DNA of 64,000 bases from Candidatus Eiseniibacteriota bacterium (GTDB taxonomy: Bacteria; Eisenbacteria; RBG-16-71-46; SZUA-252). The stretch spans positions 23,810-87,809 of the forward strand of contig JANMQV010000171.1 in NCBI GenBank assembly GCA_031370645.1. Reading direction: 5' to 3'. A program made the position numbers and the translations under genes. The first letter of the stretch is position 1. Every line of letters starts with the position of its first letter. Below, one piece after another: positions 1-8,986 of the stretch. The notes under the pieces were generated by a model. It made no database searches. It was given only the letters and a program-made list of their open reading frames with translations, and was not told the origin of the DNA.

Positions 1-1
1 T

Positions 2-109
2 CAGGCGGGCGATTTCGCCAAGTCGAAGAAGAGCGGCAAGGTTGAAGCGAAGGCCGAGAGCGGCGCGAAGGGCGAAGCCGGCGCCGGAGTAGGAGTCGGA
101 ACGAAGTAA
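2..109 (+). CDS. 3' end of an unidentified CDS running in from the window edge (QAGDFAKSKKSGKVEAKAESGAKGEAGAGVGVGTK*)
   Basis: Open frame from nt 2 to TAA at 107-109, GC-rich third positions, followed by a hairpin. Confidence 0.55.
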   Translation, partial: QAGDFAKSKKSGKVEAKAESGAKGEAGAGVGVGTK

Positions 110-129
110 CGCCCCACTCGAACGGGGCG
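110..129. terminator. Hairpin between convergent genes, possible bidirectional terminator
   Basis: CGCCCC-N8-GGGGCG flanked by the two stop codons. Confidence 0.45.
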
Positions 130-130
130 G

Positions 131-1252
131 TTAGGCGGGCGAGGCGGAAGGGTTTCCGAGTCTCTTGAGCGTTTGGAGATGGGACCTGACCGCCGCGCGC
201 ATCGTCGCGTGATGGTGATGCGGCACCCCGTGCTCGGCGGCGGTCTCCCGGACGATCTTGCTGATCGCGGGATAGTGGACGCTGCAGACCTTCGGGAAGA
301 GGTGGTGCTCCACCTGGAAGTTGAGCCCCCCGACGTACCACGAAAGCCACCGGTTCGACATCGCGAAGTCCGACGTCGTCTCCATCTGATGAATCATCCA
401 TGCCGTTTCCATCGAGCCGTCGGGCGCGGGAATCGGATGCTCCGTCTCCTCCACGACGTGCGCCAATTGGAAGACGATGCCGAGGATGAATCCCGCGGTT
501 AGGTGCATCACGACGAAGCCGATCAAGAATTGCCACCACGGGACGTCCAGGACGAGAAGCGGGATCACGATGGCGTAGGTGTAGTAGAAGAGCTTCGAAC
601 CAACGAGCAGCGCGACCTCCGAGACGTGGTGCTTCTTTTCCCGGAAGGGGCCCAATTCCCGCATCAGGAAGTATTTGTAGTCCTTCATGAAGACCCAGTT
701 GAGCGTCGAGAGGCTGTAGGCGGCGGCCGCGTAGAGATGTTGGAATCGGTGGATCGGCCGGAGTTCCGCCTGCGGCGAGAGCCGGAGAAGCGGCGACACT
801 TCGAGATCCTCGTCCAAGCCATGAACGTTTGGATACGTGTGATGGATCACGTTGTGCGTGATCTTCCACATGTACCCGCTTGCCCCCGCGAGTTCGAAAC
901 TGAAACCGAGGACCCGGTTGAGCCAAGGACGAGAGGAGTAAGCCCCGTGCAACGCGTCGTGCGAGATGCCGAATCCAATCCCCGCCGTGCCCACCCCCAT
1001 CACGACCGCGAGACCCAGCATTTGGAGCGGCGTGAACTGGTTGCTCAAAATCATCCCGTACGCGCCGAACGTGACCCCGAGCATGACGATCGTCTTGATC
1101 ACCATCGAGGCGTTGGCTTTGGGAGAAAGGTGGCGGGAATCGAAGTACTCGGCGACTCGACGCTTGACGGCATCGCCGAAGCCGGCCGGGTCGGCGGGGG
1201 CAAATACCACCCGAGAGGTGGCGGGGTGCGTCCCGGCGGTGGCGTTCTGAAT
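131..1252 (-). CDS. Membrane acyl-CoA/fatty-acid desaturase
   Basis: Three His boxes HDALH, HNVIHH and QVEHH plus TM segments. Start uncertain: ATT at 1252 behind GGAG, or GTG at 1282. The ORF-track extension to 1825 overlaps ABC-F and looks spurious. Confidence 0.92.
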   Translation of the reverse strand: MQNATAGTHPATSRVVFAPADPAGFGDAVKRRVAEYFDSRHLSPKANASMVIKTIVMLGVTFGAYGMILSNQFTPLQMLGLAVVMGVGTAGIGFGISHDALHGAYSSRPWLNRVLGFSFELAGASGYMWKITHNVIHHTYPNVHGLDEDLEVSPLLRLSPQAELRPIHRFQHLYAAAAYSLSTLNWVFMKDYKYFLMRELGPFREKKHHVSEVALLVGSKLFYYTYAIVIPLLVLDVPWWQFLIGFVVMHLTAGFILGIVFQLAHVVEETEHPIPAPDGSMETAWMIHQMETTSDFAMSNRWLSWYVGGLNFQVEHHLFPKVCSVHYPAISKIVRETAAEHGVPHHHHATMRAAVRSHLQTLKRLGNPSASPA

Positions 1253-1628
1253 CGTTTTTTCTCCCAGCGTCGCCCGCGCCACATTCCTGGCGCCATTGGC
1301 GGAGTGTTCCTGAACCGAGCTCGCGGACTCTCCGCGCGGATCGTGACCGCGGGGCCGTCCGGGCAATGCTCCTCCGGAGTCTAGCCCTTCGGATCGTTGA
1401 ACACCAGCCCCAAGCCCGGAGGTCCCGCGGAGACTCCGCATCGACTTATTCCTCGCGCAGCCGACACCCCAGCCGGGCTCCGTCACAAGGCGCCTCGGTC
1501 TTGCCGGATTCCGCTCCAAGTCGTGACGCCGTGGGGTCATGAAGACGCGGAGGCAGTGCGTTTGGCTCGCGATTCGGCGCGACGCGACGCCCCGCGTTCC
1601 GCCGCTTCGGTGATACAATCCCCGGCCC

Positions 1629-3275
1629 ATGATCTCGCTCAGCAATATCAGCAAGCAGTACGGTCGCCAGGTCCTCTTCGTCGAGACCTCGTTCCAGCTC
1701 AACGCCGGGGAGAAGGCAGGGCTCGTCGGGCCGAATGGCGCGGGAAAGACGACCGTCTTTCGGATGATCGTCGGCGAAGAGACGCCCGATGAGGGCGAGG
1801 TCTCCGTCCCCAAGCGAACGACCATCGGCTACTTCCGCCAAGACGTCGGCGAGATGTCGGGTCGCTCGGTGCTCGACGAGGCGATCGCGGGTAGCGGCAA
1901 GCTCGGCGACCTTCACCACGAATTGAAGGATCTCGAACTCGCCCTCGCGGACCCGGCGCGCGCCGACGAGATGGAGAAGATTCTCAAGCGCTTTGGCGAG
2001 GTGCAGGAGGCGTATCAGGACGGCGGCGGATACGACCTGGAGGCACGCGCCCGCGAAGTGCTTCACGGGCTCGGCTTCGAGGACCGCCAGATCGACGGCG
2101 ACGTCGGCGCCATGTCGGGCGGCTGGAAGATGCGCGTCGGCATGGCCCGCGTTCTCCTCGGCCGACCCGACGTCCTCCTCATGGACGAACCGACGAACCA
2201 TCTCGACATCGAGTCGATCCTCTGGCTCGAGGATTTCATCCGCGACTATCCCGGCGCCGTTCTCATGACCTGTCACGACAAGGATTTCATGAATCGCGTG
2301 GTGAGCCGGATCGTGGAGATCGACGGCGGTGAATTCAGCACCTTCACCGGCAATTACGATTATTACGTGCGCGAGCGGGCGATCGCCGAGGCGAACCGGG
2401 AGGCCGCCTACGCGCGCCAGCAGGCCATGCTGGCGAAAGAGCGGCGCTTCATCGAGCGCTTCGCCGCCCACGCGGCCAAGGCCGCGCAGGTGCAGAGCCG
2501 CGTGAAGAAGCTGGAAAAGATCGATGTCGTCGAATTGCCGGTGCGGCGGAAGGTCGTGGAGTTCGATTTCCGCCAGCCCCCCCGCTCCGGCGAGGATGTC
2601 GCGATGCTCTCCGGCGTCTCGAAGGCGTACGGGCCGCGCGTCCTCTACGACGGCTTCGACTTCGTGATTCGCCGCACGGAACGCTGGTGCGTGATGGGGC
2701 GAAACGGCGCCGGTAAAACGACGCTTCTCAAGCTAGTCGCGGGCGTGCTCGATCCCGACCATGGCTCGGTGCGGCTCGGCGCTGGTCTCAAGGTCGGCTA
2801 CTTCGCGCAGCAGTCGCTCGAGCAACTCGATCCGTCCCTCTCGGTGTTCGAGCAGATCCAGAAGAGCTGCCCCATGGAAGGCCAGGGAGTCCTTCGGAAT
2901 CTCCTCGGGGCGTTTCACTTCTCGGGGACCGATCACGAGAAGCCGGTGCGCGTCCTCTCGGGCGGCGAGAAGTCGCGACTCGTCCTTGCGCAGATGCTCT
3001 TCGATCCGCCGAACTTCCTCATCCTCGACGAGCCGACGAATCACCTCGATCTCGAGACGAAGGAGATGCTGGTGGAGGCGCTTCGGAATTTCGAAGGGAC
3101 GATGCTCTTCGTAAGTCACGACCGGACGTTTCTCAAGGGGCTGAGCAATCGCGTCCTGGAGCTTCGTCCCGGAGACGGCAACGGCAACCCCGGACTCCCG
3201 CCGTTCGCATACGGTGGATCGTACGTGGAGTTCGTGGAGCGGACCGGGAGCGAGGCCGCGGGCGTGCACCGGTAA
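1629..3275 (+). CDS. ABC-F family ATP-binding protein (ribosome-associated, no TM domain)
   Basis: Two ABC cassettes: GPNGAGKT / MSGGW / LMDEPTNHLD and GRNGAGKT / LSGGE / ILDEPTNHLD, with a GNYDYY linker. Confidence 0.95.
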   Translation: MISLSNISKQYGRQVLFVETSFQLNAGEKAGLVGPNGAGKTTVFRMIVGEETPDEGEVSVPKRTTIGYFRQDVGEMSGRSVLDEAIAGSGKLGDLHHELKDLELALADPARADEMEKILKRFGEVQEAYQDGGGYDLEARAREVLHGLGFEDRQIDGDVGAMSGGWKMRVGMARVLLGRPDVLLMDEPTNHLDIESILWLEDFIRDYPGAVLMTCHDKDFMNRVVSRIVEIDGGEFSTFTGNYDYYVRERAIAEANREAAYARQQAMLAKERRFIERFAAHAAKAAQVQSRVKKLEKIDVVELPVRRKVVEFDFRQPPRSGEDVAMLSGVSKAYGPRVLYDGFDFVIRRTERWCVMGRNGAGKTTLLKLVAGVLDPDHGSVRLGAGLKVGYFAQQSLEQLDPSLSVFEQIQKSCPMEGQGVLRNLLGAFHFSGTDHEKPVRVLSGGEKSRLVLAQMLFDPPNFLILDEPTNHLDLETKEMLVEALRNFEGTMLFVSHDRTFLKGLSNRVLELRPGDGNGNPGLPPFAYGGSYVEFVERTGSEAAGVHR

Positions 3276-3326
3276 GGGGCGCGGCTCCGCGGAGTCGGGG
3301 AGGCGCCGAGCCTTAGCGGCCCGCTG

Positions 3327-3440
3327 CTAGGGCCGAGGGAATTTCTCGGCGATGTTGGTCAGGAGAAGGTAGGTCGCTACGATCACAACGACGAGCGTGA
3401 GTACCAATCCGATGCCTGAACCGGGAGTTCTCTCTCGCAT
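3327..3440 (-). CDS. Small single-TM protein, 37 aa (MRERTPGSGIGLVLTLVVVIVATYLLLTNIAEKFPRP)
   Basis: Hand translation, ATG at 3440 to TAG at 3327. One hydrophobic stretch of about 18 aa. Lies just downstream of a sigma54-like promoter. Below the ORF-track size cutoff. Confidence 0.55.
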   Translation of the reverse strand: MRERTPGSGIGLVLTLVVVIVATYLLLTNIAEKFPRP

Positions 3441-3455
3441 GGCGGGTTTGCATTG

Positions 3456-3471
3456 TGCAATGCCCGTGCCG
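3456..3471 (-). promoter_or_regulatory. Candidate sigma54 (-24/-12) promoter
   Basis: Minus strand reads CGGCACGGGCATTGCA, i.e. GG-N10-GC, close to the TGGCACG-N4-TTGCW consensus. Confidence 0.6.
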
Positions 3472-3670
3472 CGGGGGTGCAACCGGCTGCGGCAGGCTCA
3501 ACCCATTGCGGCGCAAGGCGGGCTCGATCTCCAGAGCGCGGCCGCGCCCCGAATACTCTCGCTCAGCGGGGCGAATGGCCCGTGACATCGGGTGAGATGG
3601 CCCAATCCGACCACGCCGGCTCGCACGCCCTCCGCTTCAGCCCGACGCCCCTCCTGCCGATGAATCCCTG

Positions 3671-4075
3671 ATGCGCACCCTACTCCTGGCTCCCCTTGTG
3701 GCGACCCTGATCCTCGCCTCCGGTTGCGCCGGCACCGGCCCTTCGGTCGGTACGGGTGACTTCATCGGCAAGAGCTCCGAGTCGACCGGATTCGCCTCCT
3801 TCTACGGGCCGGAATTTCAGGGGAAGCGGACCGCGAGCGGCAAGCGCTACGACCCCGACGAACTTTCCGCCGCGCACCGCACGCTTCCCTTCGGGACGCG
3901 CGTGCGGGTTACGAATCTCAAGAACGATCGAAGCGTGGTCGTGACGATCAACGATCGCGGTCCGTTTCGGCGGGGCCGCATCGTCGACGTTTCGAGACGC
4001 GCCGCGCGCGAGCTCGGATTTCTCCGAGCCGGCGTGGCGCGCGTGCGGCTCGAGGTGCTCGCCGAAAAGGGGTGA
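3671..4075 (+). CDS. rlpA: RlpA-family lytic transglycosylase lipoprotein (DPBB domain only)
   Basis: Lipobox ASGC; motifs [31 protein letters not shown]. Confidence 0.93.
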   Translation: MRTLLLAPLVATLILASGCAGTGPSVGTGDFIGKSSESTGFASFYGPEFQGKRTASGKRYDPDELSAAHRTLPFGTRVRVTNLKNDRSVVVTINDRGPFRRGRIVDVSRRAARELGFLRAGVARVRLEVLAEKG

Positions 4076-4133
4076 GCCCCCGGGGCCTGGCCCCGAGGGC
4101 TCGGATCGATGCTGCGGGCGAAGTGACCGCCGC

Positions 4134-4751
4134 TCAGCACCCTTCACCTTTTTCCGTGATGGCGGTCGTCTGCTTCGGCAACACCTGGAGGAAAATCCAG
4201 ACCCGCTTCCAACGGCTCCCTCCGTTCGTCGCGGTGACCGAGAGTCCGAGCCGTTCGGTCGTGCTCCGGAGCGGCACCCGGTACGAAGCGCGCCAGACAT
4301 TCGCCGTCGCATCGAAGACGAACGGTCTCGACTGCCCACGCCCGTCGGACAGCATGACTTCGGTGACGTCCGACGAGCCTTCCGCCGTGACCTGGACGAT
4401 GCTTCCCGGGACCACCAAGGAGTCTGGAGCGCTCACGACGACTTCCGGAGGAAGCGCGATATCCTGCTCGGCAGCCGGCGCCTGGCCGGTCGCCTCGAGT
4501 TGAGCGGCGCCTCCGTCAGACTCCATGACCCCACTCGTGATGGTCGACGGGGTGGAGCCAGTTCCGCCGGCGGTGGTCGCGGCCGACAGGGCCACGGTGG
4601 CCTTCCCCTGGTCGTCACTGTTGGTCGCAGAGATCTTCTTCTCCTCGTTCCCGCACCCCAGCGCAACCAGCAACATGAGAAACGAACCGGCCACCGCCAC
4701 GTCCCAGCGACTGATGCCCCACGCGCTCGACTTCTTTTCCTGGCGAATCAT
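4134..4751 (-). CDS. Hypothetical lipoprotein with Thr/Ala/Gly-rich linker and beta-rich C-terminal domain
   Basis: Hydrophobic N-terminus ending in ALGC, then a low-complexity linker. Confidence 0.65.
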   Translation of the reverse strand: MIRQEKKSSAWGISRWDVAVAGSFLMLLVALGCGNEEKKISATNSDDQGKATVALSAATTAGGTGSTPSTITSGVMESDGGAAQLEATGQAPAAEQDIALPPEVVVSAPDSLVVPGSIVQVTAEGSSDVTEVMLSDGRGQSRPFVFDATANVWRASYRVPLRSTTERLGLSVTATNGGSRWKRVWIFLQVLPKQTTAITEKGEGC

Positions 4752-4893
4752 GACCCTGCTCCCAGCCGGCGTTTGTGGTGTTCAACCAGAGGGTGGCCGC
4801 CGGCGTGTGGCCCCTGGTCGTCCGGATCAGGATGGGTCCCGAGTTCCGGTTACCGAACTCGCCGCACTGGCGTGGCCGGTGACCAGGTACCTA

Positions 4894-4909
4894 ATCAAAC
4901 GTCGTGCCT
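4894..4909 (-). promoter_or_regulatory. Candidate sigma54 promoter for the 4134..4751 lipoprotein
   Basis: Minus strand reads AGGCACGACGTTTGAT (GG-N10-GA, a -12 variant). Confidence 0.5.
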
Positions 4910-4915
4910 AATTGT

Positions 4916-4940
4916 TAAGTTGTTATTTTACAATAGTTTA
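4916..4940. promoter_or_regulatory. AT-rich imperfect palindrome, IHF-like site
   Basis: TAAGTTGTT-N7-AATAGTTTA resembles YAA-N4-TTGATW on both strands and lies about -33 to -57 from the predicted sigma54 start. Confidence 0.4.
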
Positions 4941-4972
4941 AATACTTTGTGTCGCTGGTAAGCTGGAGTTTT

Positions 4973-4990
4973 CGTGTCACTCTTGACACG
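4973..4990. promoter_or_regulatory. Perfect palindrome, candidate upstream activator sequence
   Basis: CGTGTCA-CTCT-TGACACG, with an extra half-site TTGACACG at 5065-5072. Confidence 0.5.
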
Positions 4991-5018
4991 CATGGACTGG
5001 AGGAGCAGGCTAGGCATC

Positions 5019-5996
5019 ATGTTGAACCGGATGATTCACAACGGTTTCCGGTGGTGTGGTGCTTTTGACACGCGGTGTTCCGGTGGGGTCACCTCCCCGC
5101 CCCGCCAGCGTCTCTCTTGCGTTGGGCTCACGGGGCTCTGCCTCCTACTCGCTGGCTGCGCCTCGAGCATCACGTCATCACAGGCACCCCGGGCATCGGC
5201 GCGACCCGGGATCGCGCTGCGGGCTCAGGTCATTTGGCATCGACTTCAATTTGTGTACGTCGCCCTCGAGGAGTGGAGCGAGGCCGCCCCCGGCGACACG
5301 CTCCGATTTGAGTCGGGTAACAACGAGATCGCGGTGGCCGAAATCGTGCAGCTCACCGATGGGCAAGTGGCGGTCGCACGCTTCGTCTCAGGGACGCTCT
5401 CGCGAGAACGAAGACTGGAGCGGCTCCGTGTCACGCTTCTGAGGCGAGCCCTTCCCGTTCCATCGGCACTTCGCGTCGGCGTTCCGTCGAGCCGGCGCGT
5501 CATTCTGAATTACGGCTGCGGACCATGGACACTGCGCCCTCCCTTGGGCCTGGCCTATCGGATCGAATCGACCGGCCGTCTGAGGTATCGAATGACACGG
5601 GACTTGTCTCGCGATAGCACGACGTCGCTCCCCATGCCCGGCTCTTGGGCGGCCCGCGCGACCTCGTGGCCGGATACGATTGTCGTCAACGCATTCGAGG
5701 ATGCGGCCGAGCAGGAGATCGCCCTCGAACGAGGTGATCTCGATGTCGCGCTCTTCGCGCCCGGCGAACTCTCGACTCGAATGCTGAAGGCCCCGCGCTG
5801 GCAGGACCGGCTCCTGGCCGATGGCGGCGCGCTCGCGGAATCTGCCGCCGATTCGAGCATGGCGATGGGGATGGCGATCCGCGGGGTTCCCTTTGTGGTG
5901 CTGACACCGCCCGAACTCGTGCCCTATATCCGCACCCTTCGGCCGGAGAATTTCCTTCGCATGCTCGACTGCGGAGTGCGAAGGCGTGGAGAGTGA
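5019..5996 (+). CDS. Hypothetical lipoprotein, partly resembling a family-5 solute-binding protein; possible sensor accessory
   Basis: LLLAGC lipobox; ALERGDLDVA segment recalls SBP family 5; stop overlaps the kinase start (GTGA). Start uncertain (5019 or 5031). Confidence 0.6.
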   Translation: MLNRMIHNGFRWCGAFDTRCSGGVTSPPRQRLSCVGLTGLCLLLAGCASSITSSQAPRASARPGIALRAQVIWHRLQFVYVALEEWSEAAPGDTLRFESGNNEIAVAEIVQLTDGQVAVARFVSGTLSRERRLERLRVTLLRRALPVPSALRVGVPSSRRVILNYGCGPWTLRPPLGLAYRIESTGRLRYRMTRDLSRDSTTSLPMPGSWAARATSWPDTIVVNAFEDAAEQEIALERGDLDVALFAPGELSTRMLKAPRWQDRLLADGGALAESAADSSMAMGMAIRGVPFVVLTPPELVPYIRTLRPENFLRMLDCGVRRRGE

Positions 5997-7612
5997 ACTC
6001 CCTCCGCGCGCGGCTCATCGTCGCGTTCTCGGTCGTCGCGCTCGTGCCGCTCGCCATCGCGACGTTTCTCCTCGGCGGGCGCATCGAGACGATGGTGCGC
6101 GACCAGGCACGCGAGCGACTGAGCGTCACGCTCGGCACGCTTCAGCGGCAGATGGCGGCCGAGGAACAACGCCTTTCCGAGCGACTCGCGATTCTCGGGA
6201 GAGACGCGCAACTGAAGCGGCTCTACCTTCTCCGCCCCGGCAGCGATCGCGAACTAACGGAATACGTCGGCGAGCGGAAACTTCTCCTCGAACTCGACTA
6301 CCTCTATGTCTCCGATGCTGGCGGCACGGCCGTTTCGGGTGAGCAACCGACGGCCGGGCTCGCGTCGGGGGCCGAGGCCGCGATCCTCTATCAGGGAGAG
6401 AGAGTCGGCGCGGTTCACGGCGGAACCCTTTTCAATCAGGCCGCGCTGGAGCGCATGGGCGCGAACGCCGGAGTCGAATTGCTCCTTCGTGACGCCACGG
6501 GGGCCGTGATCGCGAACACGCTCGGGCCGCGGCTCGAACCGCGCCGGACGGACGTGGGACCGAACGCGCGTCTCGTGGTCGGCGGCCGATCGTTCTGGAC
6601 CCGCCAGGTCGCGCTCGAATTCGGCGTCCAGGGCTCCGCGACGCTCACGGGGCTCGTCTCCACCCAGCCGGCCGATCGGGCGATCGCGGCGCTCCGTACG
6701 GCCACGCTGGTCCTCGCGGCGATCTGCGTCGCCATCGCGATCCTGCTCGGGCTTTTCTGGTCCTCGCAGGTCTCGAGGCCGGTCGAGCAGCTCGCGGCGT
6801 TCGCCGGGCGGGTGGCGGAGGGTTCGTGGGATGAACCGCTCCACCTTCGGAGTGTCCGCGAATTGGAAACGCTCGTGGAGGCGCTCGACCGGATGCGCCG
6901 CGACCTCGGGACCTATCGCGAGAAGTTGGTCGTGAGCGAGCGGCACGCGGCGTGGAGCGAGATGGCGAGAAGCGTCGCGCACGAGGTGAAGAATCCGCTC
7001 ACCCCGATCGCGATCGCCATCGCGGATCTCAAGCGAAGCTACGAGCAGAAGCGCCCCGACTTCCCCACCATCCTCGACGAGGCGGCCCGCACCATCGCCG
7101 ACGAGGTGGAGACCTTGAAGCGTCTCCTCCAGGAGTTCTCCGAGTTCGCCCGCTTCCCGGCACCCCAACTCTCGCCGTGCGCACTCGGAGAAATCCTCTC
7201 CGATCTCCGAGCGCTCTATGCCCGCGAGGTGGAGGAGGGCCGGCTCCGCTTCCAAATCGCCGCGGAGCCGCTCGATGTGTCGGCCGACCGTGGCCAATTG
7301 CGACAGGCGCTCCTCAATTTGATCCTGAACGCCCGCGACGCCGCGGGAGCGACCGGGACCGTCACGGTTTCCGCATCGCGCACCGAGCGCGACGCGCTTC
7401 TCACGGTGCGAGACACCGGTCCGGACCTTTCCCTGGAAGAACGGAAGCGCCTCTTCACCCCTGGGTTCACGACGAAAGTGGCCGGGAGCGGCATCGGGCT
7501 GACGATCGTCGAGCGAATCGTCAGCGAACATGGCGGTTCGATCGCGGTCGAGTCGTCCCCCGGCGCGGGGACCTCGTTCCACGTGCGCCTCCCGCTCTTG
7601 AGAGGGATCTGA
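5993..7612 (+). CDS. Sensor histidine kinase, NtrY-like (2 TM, HAMP, HisKA, HATPase)
   Basis: H-box VAHEVKNPLTPI, N-box NLILNARDA, FTTK, GSGIGL. Confidence 0.93.
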   Translation: MNSLRARLIVAFSVVALVPLAIATFLLGGRIETMVRDQARERLSVTLGTLQRQMAAEEQRLSERLAILGRDAQLKRLYLLRPGSDRELTEYVGERKLLLELDYLYVSDAGGTAVSGEQPTAGLASGAEAAILYQGERVGAVHGGTLFNQAALERMGANAGVELLLRDATGAVIANTLGPRLEPRRTDVGPNARLVVGGRSFWTRQVALEFGVQGSATLTGLVSTQPADRAIAALRTATLVLAAICVAIAILLGLFWSSQVSRPVEQLAAFAGRVAEGSWDEPLHLRSVRELETLVEALDRMRRDLGTYREKLVVSERHAAWSEMARSVAHEVKNPLTPIAIAIADLKRSYEQKRPDFPTILDEAARTIADEVETLKRLLQEFSEFARFPAPQLSPCALGEILSDLRALYAREVEEGRLRFQIAAEPLDVSADRGQLRQALLNLILNARDAAGATGTVTVSASRTERDALLTVRDTGPDLSLEERKRLFTPGFTTKVAGSGIGLTIVERIVSEHGGSIAVESSPGAGTSFHVRLPLLRGI

Positions 7613-7614
7613 CC

Positions 7615-8973
7615 GTGCCGACACTCCTTCTCGTCGATGACGAAGCCAATATTCGCTCGAGCCTCCAGGGCGCCTTGGGCCGCGAGAATTATGAGACCGA
7701 TGTCGCTGCGAATCTGGCCGAAGCCCGTACCCGGCTTCGTGAGTCGTACGACGTCGTTCTCCTCGACGTCCGGCTGCCCGATGGAAGCGGCCTCGATCTC
7801 CTCCCCGAGATCCTCGCGGGCCACCCCGAGACGATCGTCATCATGATGTCGGGGCACGCCACGATCGAGGCCGCGGTGCGGGCGACACGTCTCGGGGCAT
7901 TCGACTTCTTGGAGAAGCCGCTGTCGTTGGAGCGGCTCCTCATCCTGCTCCGGAACGCGACCACCTCGCTGGCGCTTCGAAGCGAGCTTTCGCGCCTCCG
8001 TCGCGACACCGCGTACCCCATCGTCGGCGCCTCCCCGGCCGTGCGGCAACTCCTCCACGAGATCGAGGTCGCCGGTGAACGGCAGGCGCGCGTCTTGATC
8101 GAAGGGGAAAACGGCACCGGCAAGGAACTCGTGGCGCGGGCGCTTCACGCGGCGAGCCCGCGCCGGGACCGCCCCTTCGTCCCGGTGAACTGCGCCGCGA
8201 TCCCCGACGAGTTGATCGAATCGGAGCTCTTCGGTCACGAGCGCGGCGCCTTCACGGGCGCGACGCAAGCGAGGCGGGGGCGTTTCGAGGAGGCTCACGG
8301 CGGCACGCTCTTCCTGGACGAAGTCGGCGACTTGAGCCCCCGCGCCCAAACGAAGCTGCTTCGCGTCCTTCAGGAGCAGGAGTTGACGCGCGTCGGCGGC
8401 AACCGCGCGATCAAGGTCGACGTGAGGGTCCTCGCGGCGACGAACCGCGGCTTGGCGGCGCTCGTGAAGGAAGGACGGTTCCGCGAAGATCTCTACTATC
8501 GCCTTGCGGTTGTGCCGATCGCGGTGCCGCCGCTACGTGACCGAGCGGAGGACGTGCCGCTCCTCGTGGAGCACTTCTCGTCCCAGATCGCGAAGGAGCG
8601 GGGGACCAGGCCGCGCGCCTTCTCCCCGGCGGCCCTCGACCTCCTCGGTCGGTATGCCTTTCCAGGAAATATCCGGGAACTCCGGAATCTCGTGGAGCGG
8701 CTCCTCATCATGTCCCAAGGGTCCCGCGTCGGGGCCGAGGAAGTGGCGGCCGTCCTCCCTCGGGACGAGCAGGAAGCCGCGAGCGGATCGGCCGAGCCGG
8801 CGCGGCTGGCCGAGGCGGTTCGCGAGTTCGAGCGGGCGCGCATCGAGGAGGCGCTTCGGGCCGAGGGCGGGAGCATGACAAAAGCGGCGGCACGACTCGG
8901 GCTGGAACGGAGCCATCTCTACAAGAAGATGAAAACACTCGGCTGGGTCGTAGAAAAAAAGAAGACTCCGTGA
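7615..8973 (+). CDS. Sigma54-dependent response regulator (NtrC/NtrX family)
   Basis: Receiver (LVDDE, LLDV, FLEKP); AAA+ motifs GENGTGKE, GAFTGA, FLDEV, FREDLYYRL, FPGNIREL; C-terminal HTH. GTG start at 7615. Confidence 0.95.
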   Translation: MPTLLLVDDEANIRSSLQGALGRENYETDVAANLAEARTRLRESYDVVLLDVRLPDGSGLDLLPEILAGHPETIVIMMSGHATIEAAVRATRLGAFDFLEKPLSLERLLILLRNATTSLALRSELSRLRRDTAYPIVGASPAVRQLLHEIEVAGERQARVLIEGENGTGKELVARALHAASPRRDRPFVPVNCAAIPDELIESELFGHERGAFTGATQARRGRFEEAHGGTLFLDEVGDLSPRAQTKLLRVLQEQELTRVGGNRAIKVDVRVLAATNRGLAALVKEGRFREDLYYRLAVVPIAVPPLRDRAEDVPLLVEHFSSQIAKERGTRPRAFSPAALDLLGRYAFPGNIRELRNLVERLLIMSQGSRVGAEEVAAVLPRDEQEAASGSAEPARLAEAVREFERARIEEALRAEGGSMTKAAARLGLERSHLYKKMKTLGWVVEKKKTP

Positions 8974-8986
8974 CCTAAGTCACGGA
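8967..8986. promoter_or_regulatory. Perfect palindrome over the regulator stop codon (hairpin or CRP-like site)
   Basis: TCCGTGAC-CTAA-GTCACGGA, which contains GTGA-N6-TCAC. Confidence 0.35.

Noticed and set aside
1283-1825. N-terminal extension of the desaturase ORF, and similar extensions on korA, rnfC/D/E/G, abmA, icd and the CbcL-like ORF
   Set aside because: They overlap neighbouring genes and have Arg/Pro-rich non-coding character; better internal starts exist
4916-4940. Possible dif/Xer or integron att site
   Set aside because: It does not match the dif arms, no recombinase is nearby, and its position fits an IHF-like site better
4974-5018. ORF-track GTG start of the lipoprotein at 4974
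   Set aside because: It lies inside the regulatory palindrome, has no RBS, and puts the lipobox too far from the N-terminus
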